Shown: one piece after another, positions 8,688 through 18,770 of the stretch
Numbering within the stretch: the stretch's first letter is position 1
Layout of the letters: every line of letters starts with the position of its first letter
The notes under the pieces: generated by a model
Told to the model about the DNA's origin: nothing
The model's input: only the letters and a program-made list of their open reading frames with translations
Database searches by the model: none
Source: an uncultured Dehalococcoidales bacterium
Lineage (GTDB): Bacteria; Chloroflexota; Dehalococcoidia; GIF9; AB-539-J10
Assembly (NCBI GenBank): GCA_964578745.1
Contig: CAZODZ010000001.1
Location: 17,676 to 81,675 of the forward strand
Reading direction: 5' to 3'
DNA length: 64,000 nucleotides
Position numbers and translations under genes: made by a program

Positions 8688-10694
8688 TTATTGTATCGAT
8701 GGGCATCGGTTGCTATACACGGTCACTGACGCTTTCTGTTGTTCGTATTCGACCTTGAGGCACTCGAGGCGTGTGAACGTATCTTCCCATTCGGCAGTCA
8801 GTTCTGCGATCTGCTCTTCCAGGCGTTTCTTTCTCTCGATTGTCTGCATCACCAGGTTGGCATCACTGTAGTGGTTTGGGTCAGAGAGCAATAGATTCGC
8901 CTCCTCCAGTTCCCGTTCGCATTGAGGAAGCTCTTCCTCAATCTCGTGGAGGCGTTGTTCCAGCGGTGCGCGGAGCCTGTAGAACTGGTTTCTAAGTTCC
9001 CCATCACGGCGCTTCCGCTCACGTTCCTCTTCACGGCTTGCGCGCTTTGACGATTTACTGACGGCCTGCTGTTCGGTTGCCCTTCCGTCTTCCGTCCACT
9101 TCTCTCTCCACGCCAAAAAACTATCGTAGTCGCCATCATATACGGTGACGTGGCCTCCGCGCACCTCTATTATCTTGGTGGCGATTTCCCTTATGAGCGT
9201 GCGATCATGAGTGATGAAGCACAATGTGCCGCTATACGAAGCGAGGGCGTCGCTGAGCATCTCGCGGGAAGGGATGTCAAGGTGATTGGTGGGCTCGTCC
9301 ATCAGCAGAAGGTTTGCACGCTGGGTAAGCATCTTGGCCAGCGCAAGCCGGCTCTTCTCCCCTCCGGACAGTACATCCACCTTCTTGAACACGTCGTCAC
9401 CCCTGAACAGAAAGCCGCCAAGGATCGTCCGCAATTGTGTGTCGGTCTGGTCTCGCGCGGCCGTTCGTAATTCGTCAATCACGGTGTTCGATGGTGTCAG
9501 CAGCTCAAGCTGGTGCTGGGCATAGTACGCTGTCTGTACGTGAACCCCCAGCTTCCGCTGTCCGCGCTCGAACGGCAGTACGCCTGCCAGCATCTTCAGG
9601 AGTGTTGTCTTGCCTGCTCCATTTGGGCCTACCAGCGCGGCGCGGTCGCCACGGCGCAATGTGAGGCTTAGGTCGCGGTATACCACATTGTCACCGTAGG
9701 CCTTGTACACATGTGACAGGGTTGCGACTTCTTCGGCAGGGCGGCGTGGTTCGGGGAATGAGAAGTGCATTCTCGCGCTTGTGCGTGGGACGACGACACG
9801 CTCCATCTTTTCGAGCCTCTTCACTCTGCTCTGGACTTGGGTTGCCTTCGTGTTCTTCGCACGGAACCGGTTTATGAATCTCATCTCCTGCTGGATCTTC
9901 CGGTCCTGGCGCTTTGCCGTTGCCTCGAGTATCTCGACTTCGCGCTTACGGCTCTCTACATAGCTGTCATAGTTGCCTCGGTGGACCATTAAGGCCTGCT
10001 GCTCGAGCGCGAACACTCGGTCGACGGTTCGGTTGAGAAAGGCACGGTCGTGTGATGTCACCATGACGGCGCCCTGGTAGGTCTTGAGATACTCCTCAAA
10101 CCAGAGGCAACTCTCCAGGTCAAGATGGTTGGTCGGCTCGTCGAGAAGGAGCATGTCAGGATTCAAGAGTAGCAGTTTGGCAAGCTCGGCACGCATAAGC
10201 CACCCCCCGCTGAATTCCGATACCGGTCGCACGAAGTCAGATTCCTTGAAGCCAAGTCCGCCCAGTACAATACGTGCCTCGTGCTCGAGATCATACCCGC
10301 CCATGGCCTCGAACCTGTGCTGTAGATCGCCCAGTTCCTTCATCAGCTGTCTTAGTTCCTCTCCGCTAGCTTCTGCCATCTCTTGCTGCAGCAGTCGCAG
10401 ACGATGGGCTGCGCCGGTGATGCGGGTCGAGCCCGCAACCACGCTGTCGAGCAGGCGCTGACACGACGAGCCAGCAATATCCTGCTGGAGGAAGCCGATT
10501 GTTGTGCCCTTGCGTATGCTCAGAGAGCCCGAGTCTGGTTCGATGTGGCGAGCGAGGATGTTGAACAGCGTTGTTTTCCCGGAGCCATTCGGCCCGATGA
10601 GTGCAATGCGGTCGCGTGGCCCTATCGTAAACGTGACATTCTTGAACAGGACCCGGTCTCCGTATGACTTGGATATTGACGTGGCGCTGAGCAT
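8688..10694 (-). CDS. ABC-F family ATPase (two ABC cassettes, Uup-like C-terminal coiled-coil tail)
   Basis: Two Walker A ([18 protein letters not shown]), two LSGGE signatures, Walker [12 protein letters not shown] x2, inter-domain linker, ~130-aa charged coiled-coil C-terminus; ATG ([12 protein letters not shown]) chosen 25 codons inside the track ORF. Confidence 0.85.
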   Translation of the reverse strand: MLSATSISKSYGDRVLFKNVTFTIGPRDRIALIGPNGSGKTTLFNILARHIEPDSGSLSIRKGTTIGFLQQDIAGSSCQRLLDSVVAGSTRITGAAHRLRLLQQEMAEASGEELRQLMKELGDLQHRFEAMGGYDLEHEARIVLGGLGFKESDFVRPVSEFSGGWLMRAELAKLLLLNPDMLLLDEPTNHLDLESCLWFEEYLKTYQGAVMVTSHDRAFLNRTVDRVFALEQQALMVHRGNYDSYVESRKREVEILEATAKRQDRKIQQEMRFINRFRAKNTKATQVQSRVKRLEKMERVVVPRTSARMHFSFPEPRRPAEEVATLSHVYKAYGDNVVYRDLSLTLRRGDRAALVGPNGAGKTTLLKMLAGVLPFERGQRKLGVHVQTAYYAQHQLELLTPSNTVIDELRTAARDQTDTQLRTILGGFLFRGDDVFKKVDVLSGGEKSRLALAKMLTQRANLLLMDEPTNHLDIPSREMLSDALASYSGTLCFITHDRTLIREIATKIIEVRGGHVTVYDGDYDSFLAWREKWTEDGRATEQQAVSKSSKRASREEERERKRRDGELRNQFYRLRAPLEQRLHEIEEELPQCERELEEANLLLSDPNHYSDANLVMQTIERKKRLEEQIAELTAEWEDTFTRLECLKVEYEQQKASVTVYSNRCPSIQ

Positions 10695-10812
10695 GGAATG
10701 CTGTTTGAGAGTGTAGCACAGGCACACGTACGCGACGGAACATACGTGTCTGGTCTCGAACACTGTCATATATACTGTTCACCATCGCGTTGGCCTGTGT
10801 GTCCATCCAGCC

Positions 10813-11637
10813 GTGAAGCAGAAGAGGAAAAAGTCTCACCAATCCCGCCGAAGCACCCGGGGCTTCTCGCAATCTGTCATAGTCGGACTGATCGGGGTCG
10901 TCGTCGTGCTTGGATTGTACATAATGCTCCATCATCCTTCTCATGCGGTAGGTCGTGCCGATGCTGTTGTCATTGATCAGCTCTTTCCGCATGAGCCAAA
11001 TGCGGATCTCCGCGCGGAGATCCGTCGCAGTCTCGGTGAGTATGGGTTTGATGTGGTGGAGTACGAAGGAGCCCAGGTGAACGTTGGTCTGTACAGGTCC
11101 TTGGGGCTTGAGCAGTGCAGCGTGCTATTCATTCGTTCACATGCTGGTCTGCTCGTGCTCGAAGACGAACAGCCTGAACATCTCACGGCACTATTCACGA
11201 ATGAACCCTATAGCAGGTTCAAGTATGTGGATGAGCAGTTGCGTGACCGCGTGTTGATAGTTCACCCGTTTGAGGGTGACAGGAAGCTTTCATTTGGTGT
11301 CAGTCCGTACTTCATCGCCGAGTCTGTTGAGGGCTATCTTCCATCGACCGTGGTTATTATCGCAGGATGCTCGTGTCTGGATCGTACCGACCTTGCGAAG
11401 GCGTTCCTCGGTCGTGGTGCATCCGTAGTGCTCTCATGGAATGGTACAGTGGAGCTTGATTACCTCGATGCCGCCACCGTTCATCTGTTCCGCGCCCTCT
11501 TCGATGAGGGTCTTACTGTCCGGGAGGCTGTCGAGAACACTATGTTCGAGTGTGGTCCGTCCCCCGACTACGGAGCAAGGTTGACGTATTTCCCTTTGGC
11601 CGCCGGTCGTTACACCGTGGCGGAGCTTATCAACTGA
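10813..11637 (+). CDS. Hypothetical membrane-anchored protein with His...Cys dyad (possible clan-CD-like cysteine peptidase fold)
   Basis: Basic N-terminus plus one TM (VIVGLIGVVVVLGLYIML); hydrophobic strand-His (VLFIRSHAG) and hydrophobic strand-Cys (VVIIAGCSCLD) about 70 residues apart. Confidence 0.35.
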   Translation: MKQKRKKSHQSRRSTRGFSQSVIVGLIGVVVVLGLYIMLHHPSHAVGRADAVVIDQLFPHEPNADLRAEIRRSLGEYGFDVVEYEGAQVNVGLYRSLGLEQCSVLFIRSHAGLLVLEDEQPEHLTALFTNEPYSRFKYVDEQLRDRVLIVHPFEGDRKLSFGVSPYFIAESVEGYLPSTVVIIAGCSCLDRTDLAKAFLGRGASVVLSWNGTVELDYLDAATVHLFRALFDEGLTVREAVENTMFECGPSPDYGARLTYFPLAAGRYTVAELIN

Positions 11638-11662
11638 TCGTCGTGTTCCTGTCTCCTGCCTA

Positions 11663-11692
11663 TTGACATTTGAATCTGGCTCTCCCTATAGT
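11663..11692 (+). promoter_or_regulatory. Sigma70-like promoter TTGACA-N18-TATAGT upstream of the NSS transporter
   Basis: Near-consensus hexamers; followed at the predicted +1 by a 9-bp hairpin (GGCATCTGC/GCAGATGCC, ~11700-11722) and a ~180-nt leader. Confidence 0.45.
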
Positions 11693-11875
11693 AGGAAAAG
11701 GCATCTGCGTAGAGCAGATGCCATACGCGTCTTGAAAGCACACGCCGGGCGTCTGGCAGGGTCTCCGACAAGTGCGGCCAGTGCGTGATTACCGTCTTCG
11801 CCGAGCACTGGTGTCGTAGCTCCTGTCTGGCAGGTCGAGGCCACGGCTGGCTTACGTAATGAAAAGGAGGTGAGT

Positions 11876-13246
11876 ATGCCTAGAGAGCAACTTGCAACCC
11901 GGCTTGGTTTTCTGCTGGTGGCGGCTGGGTGTGCTGTCGGTATCGGCAATATCTGGCGTTTCGGCTACATCACCGGTCAGTACGGTGGCGCCGCTTTTGT
12001 GATCATCTACCTTATTTTCCTCGCCCTACTCGGCTTCCCTGTCATGGTGATGGAGTTTGCCATCGGGCGCGCTGCACAGAAGAATCTGGCTGGCGCCATG
12101 ACGGCGCTGCAACCACCTGGCACCAAATGGAGCATTTACGGTCACATTGGCATTCTCGGCAATCTTATCCTGATGATGTTCTACACCACCGTTGCCGGAT
12201 GGACGCTGGCTTACCTGTACCACTCCGCCGCAGGGCATCTCATGGGGAAGACGCCCGATGAGCTGGGAGCCTTCTTCGGAGGCAGCCTGCTGGGTAACCC
12301 GGCTGAGCTTACGCTGTGGGTTTTCCTCGTTGTGCTTATCGGCTATCTCGTGTGCGCGCTTGGCTTGAAGAGCGGTGTTGAACGTGTAGGCAAAGCCATG
12401 ATGGGTGGCCTGTTCATCATCCTTATCGTGCTTGCTGTCCGGGGTGTCACGCTCCCTGGCGCCGCTGCCGGGCTCGATTTCTATCTCCGTCCTGAGTTCG
12501 AGAACCTGACGTGGGGTGGTGTCTACGCCGCGATGTCACAGGCATTCTTCACACTCAGTCTCGGTATCGGTAGCATGGCCATATTTGGCAGCTACATTGG
12601 CAAGGAGCGCGCCCTCGCTGGTGAATCGGTCAGGATTATCGGCATCGATACGTTCGTTGCCCTCATGGCTGGTCTCATCATCTTCAGCACTGCGTTCGCG
12701 TTCGGCGTCGACCCGGGTTCGGGCCCTGGGCTCGTTTTCATCACTCTGCCCAATATCTTCAATGAGATGATGGGTGGCCAGATCTGGTCGGTGCTCTTTT
12801 TCCTCCTGTTGGTACTGGCTGCGATGACAACGGTCGTCGCGGTGTTCGAGAACCTCACGGCCTACGCGATGGACCAGTGGGGCTGGACGCGCAGGAAGGC
12901 AGTCATTGTCGAGGGCATAGCTGTGTTTGTCCTCTCGATGCCGTGTGTGCTGGGTTTCAATGTGCTCAGTTCAATCCAGACATTGCCCGGTGTGGAAGGG
13001 TCTACTTTCATTGATCTGTGGGACTTCATCGTCAGCTACACGTTGCTGCCTGTGGGTTCCCTCGTGTTCGCACTCTTCTGCTCTCACAAGTTCGGCTGGG
13101 GTTGGAAAAACTTCCTTGCCGAGGCCAACACGGGTGAGGGTCTCAAGTTCCCCGCCGGACTTCGCTTCTACTGTGGCGTTGTTCTGCCGCTCATTATCGC
13201 CGTGGTGCTTGTCGTTGGTTATCTTCAGCTCTTCGGCGTCATATAG
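11876..13246 (+). CDS. Sodium-dependent transporter, NSS (SNF/SLC6) family
   Basis: AGCAVGIGNIWRFGY (NSS TM1 signature), 11-12 TM; ATG at 11876 preceded by AAGGAGG; the track ORF begins at the GTG 2 codons upstream. Confidence 0.85.
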   Translation: MPREQLATRLGFLLVAAGCAVGIGNIWRFGYITGQYGGAAFVIIYLIFLALLGFPVMVMEFAIGRAAQKNLAGAMTALQPPGTKWSIYGHIGILGNLILMMFYTTVAGWTLAYLYHSAAGHLMGKTPDELGAFFGGSLLGNPAELTLWVFLVVLIGYLVCALGLKSGVERVGKAMMGGLFIILIVLAVRGVTLPGAAAGLDFYLRPEFENLTWGGVYAAMSQAFFTLSLGIGSMAIFGSYIGKERALAGESVRIIGIDTFVALMAGLIIFSTAFAFGVDPGSGPGLVFITLPNIFNEMMGGQIWSVLFFLLLVLAAMTTVVAVFENLTAYAMDQWGWTRRKAVIVEGIAVFVLSMPCVLGFNVLSSIQTLPGVEGSTFIDLWDFIVSYTLLPVGSLVFALFCSHKFGWGWKNFLAEANTGEGLKFPAGLRFYCGVVLPLIIAVVLVVGYLQLFGVI

Positions 13247-13316
13247 ATGTCGCGCTACATAAACAGGGCAGGAGGAAGGCGGACTCGCCTCCCTCCTGCC
13301 CTTTCTTGCCGGCGAC

Positions 13317-14057
13317 CTAGATGCGCTTCAAGAGGTCCCGGTACTTCTCCATTCTTGCGATGTTGCCCTCCGACTGCACCATCCATGTCATCCAGCAGAG
13401 TTCGATGGCCCGGTAGCCGGTCTCGTGTGCTATGTAGTCGATTGTCTCAATGAGGTCTCCATCGCCTCGTGTGGGCAGCTCGATGCGTGCTTCTCGGAGT
13501 AACTGGTCAACTACGCGCCGGACTATCTTGTCCGGCATTGATGTGTCAATACCGCCCATCATCCGGAGGTACTGATACGTGTTGATACCGACGCCGGGGA
13601 CTGCACCCACGGGATTGTCCTGCCACATCCTTGGATCTGCGCGGATGGCCCACTCACGCAAAGCTGACCGGTCGTCGGCAGCGCCGTCTGCAAGGCGCGC
13701 CGCTACACCCTGTGCCACGCTCCAGGAGCGCCGGTTTCTCCAGATGGCGGCGACGTCGTTGTACGAAACCCGGGAGAGTCCGTCAAGCGTGGCTGGCAAT
13801 TCGCCGTTTTTCATGCGGCTCTCGTACTGCGCCACTGCCGGTACCACCGAAGTGAAATAGTTGAGACCGATGGACATGAATGCTGCATCGACCACCATCA
13901 GCGTGACACTGCCCGACCATCGCTCCGTCGCTAGGCAGCGGTCACAATGGTCGCGCAGGCCGTCACATTGCGCCATGCGGCTGTCGACTGCGCGTCTCAG
14001 CCTGGCCTTTTCGTCGTTTGTCAGCCCAGCCATGTACATTTCAGCGAATGATACCAT
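13317..14057 (-). CDS. Hypothetical protein (possible helix-hairpin-helix GVG motif)
   Basis: 246 aa, no TM; VGAVPGVGINTYQYLRMMGG resembles an HhH hairpin; otherwise no recognised family. Confidence 0.3.
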   Translation of the reverse strand: MVSFAEMYMAGLTNDEKARLRRAVDSRMAQCDGLRDHCDRCLATERWSGSVTLMVVDAAFMSIGLNYFTSVVPAVAQYESRMKNGELPATLDGLSRVSYNDVAAIWRNRRSWSVAQGVAARLADGAADDRSALREWAIRADPRMWQDNPVGAVPGVGINTYQYLRMMGGIDTSMPDKIVRRVVDQLLREARIELPTRGDGDLIETIDYIAHETGYRAIELCWMTWMVQSEGNIARMEKYRDLLKRI

Positions 14058-14128
14058 CTATGGCCGTGTGCTATGGAACGTTGACCTGCGAGGTTGCTTG
14101 CGGAATACTACGCGCTCGAGGAGGTGTC

Positions 14129-15244
14129 ATGCTAGATTTGTTTGAACAAGTGGAACTGAATGGTATGGTGGTGCGGAACCGCTTCGTGCGATCAGCTACC
14201 TACGAAGGGATGGCCAACAGTGATGGAACGTGCAGGGATGTTCTCGTCGACCTCACGTCTGAGCTCGCCCGAGGTGAAGTCGGCCTTATTATCAGCAGCC
14301 ACGCATTCGTGGAGCCGCGCGGACGAGTGCGGCGGGCACAGCTTGGTGTCCATGCAGACGAGATGATCCCGGGTCTGGCCCGGCTGGCTCGGGTTGCTCA
14401 TGAACATGGAGCGTGTACTCTCCTCCAGATCGCGCATGGGGGATGTACTGCTGCCGAACCCGCTGGTGAGCTTGTCGGCCCATCATCTATGACCCTGCCT
14501 GACGGACGCACCTGTGCTGAATTGAGTGAGTCTGACATCAGGGGCATCGTGGCTGCGTTCAGGCGGGCCGCAGAACGGGCTATCGAGGCTGGCTTCGACG
14601 GAGTGCAGATACACTCCGCGCATGGCTATTTGCTTAGCCAGTTCCTCTCGCCGTACTTCAATCATCGAACCGACCGGTATGGTGGCAGCCTCGTGAATCG
14701 TGCTCGCATCCATAGAGAGGTGTTGAACGCAGTACGAGCCTCGATCGGCGACAGTGTGCCGGTTGCGATCAAACTGAATTCCGATGATTTCCTGGACGGG
14801 GGATTCACGCGGCAGGAGATGGTTGAGGTCTCTCGCATGCTCGAAGCGGAGGGCATTGATGCAATCGAGATGAGCGGTGGCACCAGCCTGAGCCCAGTCG
14901 ACCGCGGGTTCTCCCGCCCCGGTGTCCAGCCGCCCGGTGAGGAGGTGTACTACCTTGACGCGGCGAAGATGTACAAGGACTCGGTGTCCGTTCCACTGAT
15001 GCTCGTGGGAGGTATACTCAGCTATGAGGTCGCCGCGGGCTTGGTCGAGCAGGGCGTTGCGGACTTCGTCGCGATGAGCAGACCACTCGTATGTGAGCCA
15101 GACCTCGTCATGCGCTGGCACCGTGGTGATAGGTCGCGGGCCAGGTGCGTACACTGTAATGAATGCTTTGGTCCGGCCCGTTCGGGTGAGGGCATCTACT
15201 GCGTGTATGATGCGCGGTTGAAGGGTCGCAGGCCTTCCTCATAG
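14129..15244 (+). CDS. NADH:flavin oxidoreductase, old yellow enzyme family (2,4-dienoyl-CoA-reductase-like N-terminal domain)
   Basis: Internal ATG MLDLFEQVELNGMVVRNRFVRSA; TIM-barrel OYE motifs (HSAHGYLLSQFLSP, MSGGT), C-terminal CVHCNECFGP Cys cluster. Confidence 0.8.
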   Translation: MLDLFEQVELNGMVVRNRFVRSATYEGMANSDGTCRDVLVDLTSELARGEVGLIISSHAFVEPRGRVRRAQLGVHADEMIPGLARLARVAHEHGACTLLQIAHGGCTAAEPAGELVGPSSMTLPDGRTCAELSESDIRGIVAAFRRAAERAIEAGFDGVQIHSAHGYLLSQFLSPYFNHRTDRYGGSLVNRARIHREVLNAVRASIGDSVPVAIKLNSDDFLDGGFTRQEMVEVSRMLEAEGIDAIEMSGGTSLSPVDRGFSRPGVQPPGEEVYYLDAAKMYKDSVSVPLMLVGGILSYEVAAGLVEQGVADFVAMSRPLVCEPDLVMRWHRGDRSRARCVHCNECFGPARSGEGIYCVYDARLKGRRPSS

Positions 15245-15713
15245 TCGCGCTCTGTTTGGGAGGGAGTCGCCGACGGTTGGGCTTCCTCCCACGGGTTACA
15301 GTTCGTGCTCGATACGGATAGAACGCGTGGAAGAGCTGACATAGAGTGAGCAGGAGTCTGAACAGCGCGGAGGGATGATATGGACCCTGCCAGCGAATAC
15401 TTTGCGCAGCGGATGGAGTACGAGTCTCAGCAGTGGGCCTACTCCGAGATTGTATGTGAAGCTCATCGGCACGATGGCGCTGAATGCTGGCATGACCTCT
15501 GAATAGTCATCCCGGTCTAGGTCGGCTTGCGGGCTTATCATGGTGTATCCCGATGATCATTGGTGCTGGTATGGTTGCTGTCGATGGGAGAGCGGAAAAG
15601 AAGTAGACTGACTCCCGGCCCCTCCCATGCTGTAGACTCGTCTCCTTCGGATCTATCATGGCTAGGTTTGGCTGCACGGATACAGTGTGAGCAGGGTGGT
15701 GCAGTCTGGTCGT

Positions 15714-16661
15714 TCACTCTATCGGGACGATGAAGCGGGCAGCCGCAGGTATCACACGAACCGTGGCCGGTGTGTGAGCGACGGCATCCCCGTCCGCCTG
15801 TATGGGAACCTGTTCGGCACAGTCAATCGTGATGGAGCGCGCGCTGGCGATATGGCGAATAGTGTGCCTCCTCTTGCGGACGAGAAACACGTCGAGGATA
15901 GCTTTTCCAAGCTCGATCGGAGAGCCTTTGCTTACGTAGCAGATCTCCGCGAGGCCATCGTCGATACAGGCATCAGAGGTCCGATAGCGTGGCATCCATA
16001 TGGCTCCTGCGTTGTCGACAAACAGTTCTGCAGCATTAACGGTGACGGTCTGGCCATCGTATGTCAGCGTGAAGGTCCTGGTGCGGGCCTTTCTCATGCT
16101 TCGTATCACTGCAATCACGTAGGCCAGCAGCTTGAAGTATGACTTTTCAGTGGTCCGCAGGTCGGATATGGAGAACGATGACAGCCCGGCTGATGCGTTA
16201 AGGAAAAAAAGACGGCCTTTGATGTCGAGCGCGTCAACACTTCGCGTGCGCTCCGAATTCAAGAGCAGTTCGAGTGACTTGCGTACGCCGAGAGGAATGC
16301 CTAGCAACTGGGCCAGCATGTTGGTGGTGCCTATGGGGACGATGCCTATACTGCAGTCTTTATCTCTCAGTGACGTTGCGAGGAGTGAGACCGTGCCGTC
16401 GCCACCCGCAACAATGAAGGTGCGAAAGCCGTCGTTGTAGGCATGTTCGAGTTGCGTTTGTAGTATGGCCTCGTTTGTCATGTAGTGGATACGGCCGGTT
16501 ACTCCCTCGGTGGTCAGGAACTCGCCGATGCGCAACTGTACGAGCCAGCGGAAGTAGTTGCCTGCCTTCTTATTGACGACGATGAAGAACCGCCTGGAAT
16601 GAGGCAGAACCCCACCCAGACCGACCCTGGTGTCCTTTGTCGCGAGAGTCGAGTCCACCAT
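15714..16661 (-). CDS. Diacylglycerol-kinase-family lipid kinase (YegS/DgkA catalytic domain)
   Basis: FFIVVNKKAG...FIVAGGDGTVS...IVPIGTTN motifs of DAGK_cat. Confidence 0.75.
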   Translation of the reverse strand: MVDSTLATKDTRVGLGGVLPHSRRFFIVVNKKAGNYFRWLVQLRIGEFLTTEGVTGRIHYMTNEAILQTQLEHAYNDGFRTFIVAGGDGTVSLLATSLRDKDCSIGIVPIGTTNMLAQLLGIPLGVRKSLELLLNSERTRSVDALDIKGRLFFLNASAGLSSFSISDLRTTEKSYFKLLAYVIAVIRSMRKARTRTFTLTYDGQTVTVNAAELFVDNAGAIWMPRYRTSDACIDDGLAEICYVSKGSPIELGKAILDVFLVRKRRHTIRHIASARSITIDCAEQVPIQADGDAVAHTPATVRVIPAAARFIVPIE

Positions 16662-16758
16662 GTGTAAGCGTCTGGAGGTTCGTATGATAGCACCATGCGG
16701 CGCGCTCGCTACGGCGCGAGGGGGCGCACCGATGTCACCGAGACAGGAATGCTGGCTC

Positions 16759-17220
16759 CTACTCGCTCAGAAGTATCTTGAACACAATCTTCCGTATCTG
16801 CGATGGCCCACTCAGTTGCAGCTGCGGCATGTGTGCTTCTCCGGGGAACAAGACGACGAACTCGCCTGCCTCGAGCTGAAGACTGGTGTAGACGTCAGGC
16901 GTCTCGAAGAACTCAATGTCCTTTGATGCGTCGTATTCTGTCTGTACTTCGAGTCCTTCGGCTTGCCTGTAGCCTATCGCCTCCCGACCCGAGAACACAG
17001 CTTGAATGTCCGCATAGCGCCTGTGCGCCTCGAAGCGGCGCTCTTCGGCCAGCTTGGTTATATAATTCTGGACCATGAAGTAGAGTCTGTTGCCTTCGAC
17101 CTCGTACTTGCCCTCCTCTTTCCGGGCGATATCTCCCTGTTTGAGGAGTTCGAATGCGCGCGCGAAGTCTCTCGAGAGGCATGCATACCGCTCGCCGTTG
17201 GTTATCCTGTCGAGAATCAT
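16759..17220 (-). CDS. YhcH/YjgK/YiaL family protein (DUF386)
   Basis: Internal ATG MILDRITNGERY; ~150 aa beta-sandwich family signature (EAHRRYADIQ...HMPQL). Confidence 0.55.
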   Translation of the reverse strand: MILDRITNGERYACLSRDFARAFELLKQGDIARKEEGKYEVEGNRLYFMVQNYITKLAEERRFEAHRRYADIQAVFSGREAIGYRQAEGLEVQTEYDASKDIEFFETPDVYTSLQLEAGEFVVLFPGEAHMPQLQLSGPSQIRKIVFKILLSE

Positions 17221-18020
17221 CCTGTTCTCCTCCTCCGGAACCTGACGTGTGCTGATGGGAAACCTGCGCCAAACTATCACGACGACCACCTGTCGTCAAC
17301 CCGATATCTGGCTGATGTGTGAAATGTTTGCGGACAGTGGCGCGTTCGAGTACCGTCGCTAGAGGAGCCAGCTTGGCTGCAAGGTACTGCATGCAGTGTA
17401 TGACACTTTTGGGTGTGATGCTGAGCCGCAAGAGCATACTCTGAGGTTGCGCAGTCATGGGAAATCACAGTCGTGTTCGGCGGCTCCTCTCTGAACTGAA
17501 GCACAGGAAGAGGGAGACGTGCGGGCAAGGGGTTCAACCAACCATGATGCTTGATGTAAGCTCACCCGACCTGCTGTGAGTACATGCAGTGGCGATATGC
17601 GGCAGGTATGCAAGTGGTTCGAACTTCTGGGCATGGCGCTGGCAGGTGAGGCTGTCCGCGGGCAGCATCGGGAAAGGCGTTCTTCGATAGCACCGTGCGC
17701 ATCTACATGTATCCCGGGCAGTCTCGAGCGCTCACGCACTGACCTCGGCATTCTCACCGGCGCCATCTGCATTGCTGTCGTGTGCCACGGTCTCGGCATG
17801 CGCATCTATCAGCAGGCCATGGGCTTGTCAACAAATCATTGTGTCTTGTTTCCCTTTTGACAGGCTCGAGAGCCTACGTGAACCGGTGGGCGTTGTCGCT
17901 CTGTGGCACTGTTTTGACGACTGGACTTGCCCAAGATCGAGACACGCGTGGGTGGTTCCCTTGTTGTCGTCACTGGGCTATACTGCACGATCACATGTTG
18001 GCATCGTCTAAGCATGGGAT

Positions 18021-18770
18021 GTGCTCTGCTGGCAACTCTGGAGGGATGTGAGACAGTACGACGTTGTGTTCATTCACGGCATGTGGGCTGATTCCGGTTA
18101 TTGGAACCGCTTCCGTAGAGCCTTTCAACACGTGGGTTTCAGCACTCGTGCCATAACTCTCCCGTTTCACGACAAGCCTCAGGATTTTGACGGGTTGCGT
18201 AGGGTGGGGATGGCCGACTATGTGGCCAAGGCGGGTTCTGAGATTGGGCCAGACCCAGTTGTCCTCGTCGGACACAGCATGGGCGGACTTGTTGCCCAGA
18301 AGCTCGCGGAGCAGGGCAAGGCGTGCGCGCTCGTTCTGCTCGCGCCGGTTGCCCCCTCGGGTATCTGCCTGCTCACCGGTTCTGCGGTGGTCTGTATCTC
18401 CAGGAATCTCCTTGACATCGTGTTCTCGCGGCCGTTTGTGATACCAGCCCGCAATGCTCGCTACGGCCTGATCAATACACTCTCGCGCCGGGAACAGGAT
18501 GTCATTCAGAACTCTTTTCTCTACGAATCGGGCAAGGCCCTGCGCGACATCGTGACCGGTTTGATTGCTGTGGACGAGCGGAAGGTCCACTGCCCGGTGA
18601 TGGTCGGTGTCGGCAGTCGGGACAGGGCTACGCCTCGGAGCGTCGTCCGTAGGGTGGCACGTAAGTACGGTGCTGACTACCATGAATATCCGGGCAGGTG
18701 TCATTTCCTTGGCGCTGACCCGGAGGTTATACGTGATGTCATCGACTGGTGCAGCGGGGTGGTTATGTGA
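18021..18770 (+). CDS. Alpha/beta hydrolase
   Basis: VVFIHGMW (oxyanion), GHSMGG nucleophile elbow, C-terminal Asp/His; GTG start uncertain (an alternative GTG lies 9 codons downstream). Confidence 0.7.
   Translation: MLCWQLWRDVRQYDVVFIHGMWADSGYWNRFRRAFQHVGFSTRAITLPFHDKPQDFDGLRRVGMADYVAKAGSEIGPDPVVLVGHSMGGLVAQKLAEQGKACALVLLAPVAPSGICLLTGSAVVCISRNLLDIVFSRPFVIPARNARYGLINTLSRREQDVIQNSFLYESGKALRDIVTGLIAVDERKVHCPVMVGVGSRDRATPRSVVRRVARKYGADYHEYPGRCHFLGADPEVIRDVIDWCSGVVM

Noticed and set aside
14483-15154. 223-aa minus-strand ORF inside the old-yellow-enzyme gene
   Set aside because: The plus-strand OYE has full-length family motifs, and the minus ORF has none.
17615-17635. GGTTCGAAC motif resembling a tRNA T-arm
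   Set aside because: No acceptor-stem pairing, D-arm or anticodon stem can be formed with flanking sequence. No tRNA gene was recognised anywhere in the window.
17991-18704. 237-aa minus-strand ORF opposite the alpha/beta hydrolase gene
   Set aside because: The plus-strand gene has clear catalytic motifs (HGxW, GHSMGG). The minus frame is His/Arg-rich with no motif.
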